A stretch of 42,837 nt of DNA, from NCBI GenBank assembly GCA_038250445.1, contig JBBSCI010000002.1, positions 1 to 42,837 on the forward strand, given 5' to 3'. Positions 38,296 through 42,837 of this stretch are shown piece by piece (position 1 is the first letter of the stretch; each line of letters opens with the position of its first letter). Both the position numbers and the translations under genes were made by a program. The notes below the pieces were generated by a model that worked only from the letters and a program-made list of their open reading frames with translations, searched no databases and had not been told where the DNA came from. This DNA is from Candidatus Limnocylindrales bacterium (GTDB taxonomy: Bacteria > Chloroflexota > Limnocylindria > Limnocylindrales > CSP1-4).

Positions 38296-38523
38296 ATTCG
38301 GGGACGACAGGCCGAGAGAGGATGCGGCCGCCAGTGTCGCACTCGGCAAAGGCCCGGGACGTGCGCCGGCCACCGGCAATCCGCGAACGACAAACGGCGC
38401 GTCCCCGTCGGATCCATCGTCCCGGGATGGTTAACACGAGGTCACGCGCCCGGCAACACTCCGTTGATCGCGGCTGCGCACGGTGGTGCGGCGAACGTTC
38501 CCCAATAGATTGGAGGGATCCCG

Positions 38524-40151
38524 TTGGACTACGCATCCACGCGTCCGACCATGCCCAAGCGACGTCGGGCCACCGCCTCGATCATGGCGTCGGCAGCTCT
38601 GCTAGTGGCTGTCGCGCCTGTCTCCGCCGGGCCGTCGCCCACGTCGGTTGGCCCAAGCACCACGATCGCGCCGTACGTCCTGCCGGTGGCCGCGGACGTC
38701 CGGATCACCTCGGTCCTGACGGTCGGAGACGGCAGTGCTTCGAACGGCTACAGGATGGTCGGTATCCCGGATGGTCTCGGCTTGACGACGGCCCGCGCTG
38801 CTCGGCTCGCCGGGAAGCACAGCGGCAAGCTCGTCCTGTACATGAATCATGAGCTGCGCGACACACAGGGCATCGCCCGTCGCCATGGCCAGGCCGGCGC
38901 GTTCGTGTCGCGCCTGGTCATCGATCCGCGAACCCTCGAGGTGACGAGCGGGTCGGACCTGATTGATCCCGGTGTGCGCTTCTGGGACTATCCCAACGGC
39001 GACTACGTCACGACCGCCCCCCGGTTCGTGGATCTCGCGCCCAGGATCTGACATTCGGCCGGTTCTGCTCGGGGACCCTTTCGGGTCCGGGCGTCCTGTA
39101 CAACGAGCACACCCAGCGCGGCTATCGAGGTCAGCTCTACTTCGGGAACGAGGAGGATGGCGATAACGGCCGGACCTTCGCAGTGACCGAAGACGGGCAG
39201 GCGACTGCCCTGCCGCGGCTCGGACTGTTCCAGTGGGAAAACACGGTGCCGGCCGACAACCGCAGCGACACAACTCTGGTGATGGGCCAGGAAGACGGGC
39301 CTACCGACGGCAGCCAGCCATGGGTCTACGTCGGGACGAAGCAGCGGTTCGGAGACCCGATCACGCGTGCCGGCCTCACAAACGGGCTCAGCTATGTCCT
39401 GGACGCGGCCAACCCCGCCGTGACCAACGACGCCCAGTGGCGCGTCGCGTACCCGAAGGGCGTCTCGGCTCCCGTCGGTCTCGTCAACATCCCATGGGTC
39501 CAGACCGGCGCGACGCAGAACGCGCAGGCGAAGGCCCAGGGCCTCAGCCTCAACCGGATCGAGGATGGCCACTGGGATCCAGACCACCGCAACGACTTCT
39601 ACTTCTTGACCACGGAGGGCGGCGCGACCGACGGCACCGGCCTCGATGCCCGGGATGGCGGGGGACTCTGGCGGCTCCGCTTTGCCGACATCGAGCACCC
39701 TGCCGCCGGCGCGACCCTGACTCTCCTGCTCGACGGCAGTGAGTCGCTTGGTGCGACCGAGCCGAAGCTCAACAAGCCGGACAACATGGGCATCGACGAG
39801 CACGGCAACCTCCTCATCCAGGAGGACCCGGGCAATAACAACCACATCGCTCGCATCGTCGCCTACCGGATCAGCGACGGGGCGCTCGGGGTCGTTGCCC
39901 GCTTCGACCCAGCCCTGTTCGGCCCAGGCGCCACGGATGACCCGGCGCGACTTACCACCGACGAGGAGTCGAGCGGGATCGTCGATGCCGAGGAGTTCCT
40001 CGGTCGGGGCTCGTTCGTGTTCGACGCGCAGGTCCACACGGCCAAGGGCCTGCCGACCGGCACCGGGCCCGGAACCGTCCAGGAGTTCGTGGAGCGCGGC
40101 CAGCTGCTTGTCCTCAAGGTCAAGGACTGGCACGAGGTCTACGGCGACTGA
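38524..40151 (+). pseudogene. Secreted beta-propeller protein of the PhoX/DUF839-like type, interrupted by a frameshift near 39036-39050
   Basis: ORF 38524..39051 carries a Tat-like signal (PKRRRATASIMASAALLVAVAPVSA) and ends at TGA 39049-39051. Reading one frame over from about 39045 gives DLTFGRFCSGTLSGPGVLYNEHTQRGYRGQLYFGNEEDGDNGRTFAVTEDGQATALPRLGLFQWEN, which runs seamlessly into ORF 39183..40151. The two ORFs therefore form one gene of about 540 aa. The family assignment rests on motif-level resemblance only. Confidence 0.6.
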
Positions 40152-40175
40152 CTCCCGCGGTCGCCACGAATAGCC

Positions 40176-40204
40176 GAAGGCCGGGCGTCCACCGCCCGGC
40201 CTTC
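40176..40204 (+). terminator. Strong hairpin after the PhoX-like gene
   Basis: GAAGGCCGGGCG-tccac-CGCCCGGCCTTC, a perfect 12-bp stem with no clear T-tract. Confidence 0.55.
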
Positions 40205-40207
40205 TAC

Positions 40208-40582
40208 GTGCGCGGGCTGAACTGCCCCGGAATCTGCCCGTTCGGTCACTGGGACGCCGGCGCGCCATGCGATAGTCCCGTCGGGCGAGCCCCATGGTCG
40301 ACTGGATGCGAGACCGGGACCGCGCCGAACACCGGACTGGAGGCCACCGCCCCGGAATGCCGCGGCAGGCGGGGCCGGCGGTTCGCGGCCCGGCGATCCT
40401 CGACGGCGGCCGCCGTGCCCGGCCGTTCTCAGATCGATGCCGACGGAATCTTCGGACCGGGAGCCGAGGGGGCGGTGCGGCGCTTCCAGGCGAGCCAGGG
40501 CCTCGACGCCGATGGCATCGTCGGTCCGAAGACACACGCTGCACGCGACGCCATACCAACCGTCCCGCCCACCGGCGCCTGA
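40208..40582 (+). CDS. Small ORF with a C-terminal PG_binding_1-like half-domain, possibly a degenerate remnant
   Basis: The C-terminus IDADGIFGPGAEGAVRRFQASQGLDADGIVGPKTHAA fits the peptidoglycan-binding repeat (DG.FG..T..AV..FQ...GL..DG.vG..T). The N-terminal 70 aa are Cys/Arg/Gly-rich and not protein-like. A neighbouring frame reads GPAVR just upstream, suggesting a frame break. Confidence 0.3.
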   Translation: MRGLNCPGICPFGHWDAGAPCDSPVGRAPWSTGCETGTAPNTGLEATAPECRGRRGRRFAARRSSTAAAVPGRSQIDADGIFGPGAEGAVRRFQASQGLDADGIVGPKTHAARDAIPTVPPTGA

Positions 40583-40593
40583 CGCGGAGCGAG

Positions 40594-40623
40594 CCGGCGG
40601 CGGAGAGGGGAAACCGCCGCCGG
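40594..40623. terminator. Hairpin between convergent genes (bidirectional terminator candidate)
   Basis: CCGGCGGCGG-agaggggaaa-CCGCCGCCGG, a perfect 10-bp stem. Confidence 0.5.
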
Positions 40624-40658
40624 CCCGGGTGTGGGTAGGCACTTCGGCAGGGGACTGG

Positions 40659-41129
40659 TCAGGCGGCGACGGTCGCCGCTTCTTCGCTCTCCACGGCATC
40701 GTCGGCTGTGAGCGGCTCGCCGGCGGCCGCCACCGCCGCCGAATCCTCGTCGTCGCCATAGGTTGTGGCCTGGCTCGCCAGCGCGTTTGCCGCCGATTCG
40801 GCCTCGTAGTCCTTCTTCCGACGTCCGGAGAGCATCTCGACGTGGTTGGCCACGACCTCCGTCTTCCAATGACGTTGCCCCCGGTCGTCATCCCAGCTGC
40901 GGGTCTGGAGGCGGCCTTCGACCGCGACCTGCTGGCCCTTGCCGAGGAACTCGCCGCACGTCTGGGCAAGCCGATCCCAGGTCACGATGTTGTGGTACTC
41001 GGCCCGTTCCTTGCCCTGGCCGATGTACTCGTTGGTGGCGATGCCGAACTGCGTCACGGCCTTGCCGCTCGACAGGCTGCGCATCTCCGGGTCGCGCGTG
41101 AGGCGACCGGTCAGTAGGACCTTGTTCAC
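40659..41129 (-). CDS. ssb: Single-stranded DNA-binding protein, orphan paralogue without canonical C-terminal tip
   Basis: GTG start preceded by GAAGGAG. OB fold: MNKVLLTGRLTRDPEMRSLSSGKAVTQFGIATNEY...AEYHNIVTWDRLAQTCGEFLGKGQQVAVEGRLQTRSWDDDRGQRHWKTEVVANHVEML. The acidic tail ends ...DDAVESEEAATVAA. Confidence 0.88.
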   Translation of the reverse strand: MNKVLLTGRLTRDPEMRSLSSGKAVTQFGIATNEYIGQGKERAEYHNIVTWDRLAQTCGEFLGKGQQVAVEGRLQTRSWDDDRGQRHWKTEVVANHVEMLSGRRKKDYEAESAANALASQATTYGDDEDSAAVAAAGEPLTADDAVESEEAATVAA

Positions 41130-41368
41130 GGTCCGCGTACTCCTTCTCGGCCGGCCGACGGGGAATCGGGCCGACCCTGCGTTTCTCCGGCGGGATGGAC
41201 GCGGCGGGGCTGGGGCGGGACGAGGCGGGCATCACGAGGGTTGGGCCGGCCCCGACGGTCGAGGCCCGGGCGGGTCGGCGGACCTGCGAGTGGTCGGCAA
41301 ACCGTCGGTGCGGCGGTCGGCGAGGCCGGCTGGAGCCTGGCGGGCACGTCAGACGCTAGCAGCTCGCT

Positions 41369-41401
41369 CTTCACTGCGGCTCTCCCGCGGCTTCACTGCG
41401 G
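41369..41401. repeat. 11-nt direct repeat CTTCACTGCGG x2, 22 bp apart, in the divergent intergenic region
   Basis: Exact copies at 41369-41379 and 41391-41401. Confidence 0.6.
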
Positions 41402-41669
41402 ATTGCGCCGGACCGGGACCTCGCAACGCTCCTCGTCGGACGGAGCGACACGCGTTCGTTTTGCATGAACGGGCAACGCCGACTGCCCGCCCGGTGCCGT
41501 GGTCGCCGCGTAGACTCGCCAGATGGAGCACCTCCATCGCGAGAAGCCGGAGTTCGATCGGGCGCGCGAGCCGGCGCCAGCGCCTCGCACCGGGATCGCG
41601 ATGGGCGGCTCGACGGTATGGATCGAGCACCTCCGGCCGGCAGGAAACCGGGCGATCACTAGCATCATC

Positions 41670-42833
41670 ATGCGGACGGTCCAGCGCCAGGACGACGAGG
41701 CACCCGCCGAAGCCGAGGCAGTCCCGCTCCTCGACGAGGCCCAGGTCGCCGGCGCACGGCGCTACTACACCGCCCAGCCGTGGCTTTACACACCCGCGAT
41801 CATCACCCAGCTCCGGGAAGCGCTCGGGCTCGACGGAGAGGGAGGCGTCGACGACGCCCTGGTGCTCGCCGTCGCGGAATGGCAGTCGACCGAGGGCGCC
41901 GGCGACCCGGCCCTGGCGATCGATGGCAAGGCGGGCCCTCGGACGTTGCCAAGGATCTTCCGGAGCGGCCTCAACGTGGAGGGCGAGGGCGAGGCGTTCG
42001 GCGGCGACGTCCAGGCCGAGGTGATCGACGAGTGGGCGACGCTCGCGACAGCCGAGGCCCGCCGCGATCGGCTTGTCGAGCTCGTCAACGAACGCCTCAC
42101 AGCGGCCGGCGTACCGGAGGTGACGCCTGCCTTCGATCCGAATGCGAACAACGCCGGCAGCTTCGACTTCCCGACCTGGCGGATGCTGATCGGGCGCGGC
42201 CGGCTCGGCGCCGATTCGATCAGCGCAGCGGATGCCAAGGACACGGCCGATACGGTCTACCACGAGGCTCGCCATACGGAGCAGTGGTTCCGGATGGCCC
42301 AGCTCCGCGCCGCGCAGGGCCTGGGGGCCGCGGCGATCACAACGGAGCTCGGCATCCCGGCGCGGATCGCCACTGAGGCGCGGGCAGCGCCCCTCGAGCG
42401 CGGCTCGATGGAAGCGGTCATCGCCCAGGGCTGGTGGGACAGCGTCTACGGCTCGGGCGCGGCGCATCGAGAAGCCACCTTGACGGAGATCGATCGGGCC
42501 GCGACCGCGCGGACGCAGGCTCAGACGCGGTTCGACGCGAACCCGACGGCGGCCAACCAGGCGACGCTCGACCGGGCGAGCGTTCGCTTCGACCGGGCGT
42601 TCGCGGCGTATCGCAACCTGCCCGAGGAGAACGATGCCTGGGCGACCGGCCCCGCGGCCGCCGCTGGGATCACCAGCGGCAGCCCCGAGGCAGAGCCGGA
42701 GCCTGAGGCAGCGCCGGACGCCGAAGGCCTCGGGGGTGAGGCGGGTGCGCCCGCCGGCAGCCCGCCACCAGCAGGCGGTCCGGCACACGGCACGTTCCCG
42801 GAGGCAAACCTGCCGGCCGGCAGCCCGTCGTGA
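41670..42833 (+). CDS. Hypothetical protein with a PG_binding_1-like segment and an HExxHxxQ metallopeptidase-like motif
   Basis: Protein-like composition throughout. ATG 41670 gives MRTVQRQDDE...; the track ORF starts at 41523. Residues LREALGLDGEGGVDDALVLAVAEWQSTEGAGDPALAIDGKAGPRTLPRIF resemble a PG-binding repeat. TVYHEARHTEQWF (HEARH at 42261-42275) is an HExxH motif. The C-terminus is an Ala/Pro/Glu-rich tail. No signal peptide or TM segment. The start codon is uncertain. Confidence 0.6.
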   Translation: MRTVQRQDDEAPAEAEAVPLLDEAQVAGARRYYTAQPWLYTPAIITQLREALGLDGEGGVDDALVLAVAEWQSTEGAGDPALAIDGKAGPRTLPRIFRSGLNVEGEGEAFGGDVQAEVIDEWATLATAEARRDRLVELVNERLTAAGVPEVTPAFDPNANNAGSFDFPTWRMLIGRGRLGADSISAADAKDTADTVYHEARHTEQWFRMAQLRAAQGLGAAAITTELGIPARIATEARAAPLERGSMEAVIAQGWWDSVYGSGAAHREATLTEIDRAATARTQAQTRFDANPTAANQATLDRASVRFDRAFAAYRNLPEENDAWATGPAAAAGITSGSPEAEPEPEAAPDAEGLGGEAGAPAGSPPPAGGPAHGTFPEANLPAGSPS

Positions 42834-42837
42834 CGAC

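Noticed and set aside
38430-38473. Four consecutive 11-nt units (GTTAACACGAG GTCACGCGCCC GGCAACACTCC GTTGATCGCGG) upstream of the PhoX-like gene that loosely recall actinobacterial PHO-box direct repeats (GTTCACC core).
   Set aside because: Each unit matches the 7-nt core at only 4-5 positions and none is a good copy. The periodicity may be coincidental, so it is not reported as a regulatory site.
1-42837. CRISPR arrays, IS elements, rRNA genes, toxin-antitoxin pairs or known defence-system genes.
   Set aside because: Reading both strands showed no regularly spaced repeat array, transposase or integrase-like translation, rRNA-like segment or recognisable defence gene. The only repeats seen are short hairpins, palindromes and the 11-nt direct repeat at 41369/41391.

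Overview
A very GC-rich, densely coding chromosomal segment. It is mostly housekeeping and transport genes, and I found no IS element, integrase, CRISPR array or rRNA.

Gene order, left to right:
- 3' end of ftsZ, a YggS-family PLP protein, a DUF167 ORF missing from the ORF track (no ATG/GTG/TTG start), and tRNA-Val(CAC).
- A cupredoxin lipoprotein followed by a two-gene ABC-2 transporter.
- A tightly packed minus-strand block: acnA, moxR, a DUF58 gene, a DUF4129 membrane protein and a PspC-domain protein.
- A DUF2520 Rossmann protein.
- A NUDIX gene translationally coupled to a glycine-cleavage operon (gcvT-gcvH-gcvPA-gcvPB).
- An orphan family-5 solute-binding protein (SBP) whose start overlaps the gcvPB end.
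- An ECF sigma/anti-sigma pair.
- Two complete tandem Opp/Dpp-type ABC importers, each SBP + 2 permeases + 2 ATPases.
- A split glutamine-dependent NAD synthetase (C-N hydrolase + nadE), rsmI, and a Ca2+/H+ exchanger.
- A frameshifted PhoX/DUF839-like secreted protein gene.
- An accessory-looking tail: a degenerate peptidoglycan (PG)-binding ORF, an orphan SSB without the canonical C-terminal tip, and a window-edge ORF that combines a PG_binding_1-like segment with an HExxHxxQ metallopeptidase-like motif.

That last locus (about 40.2-42.8 kb) is the least explained part of the window and my best candidate for something undescribed. It runs off the window edge and rests on motif-level evidence only. 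All calls come from reading the translations and sequence by eye; no searches were run.
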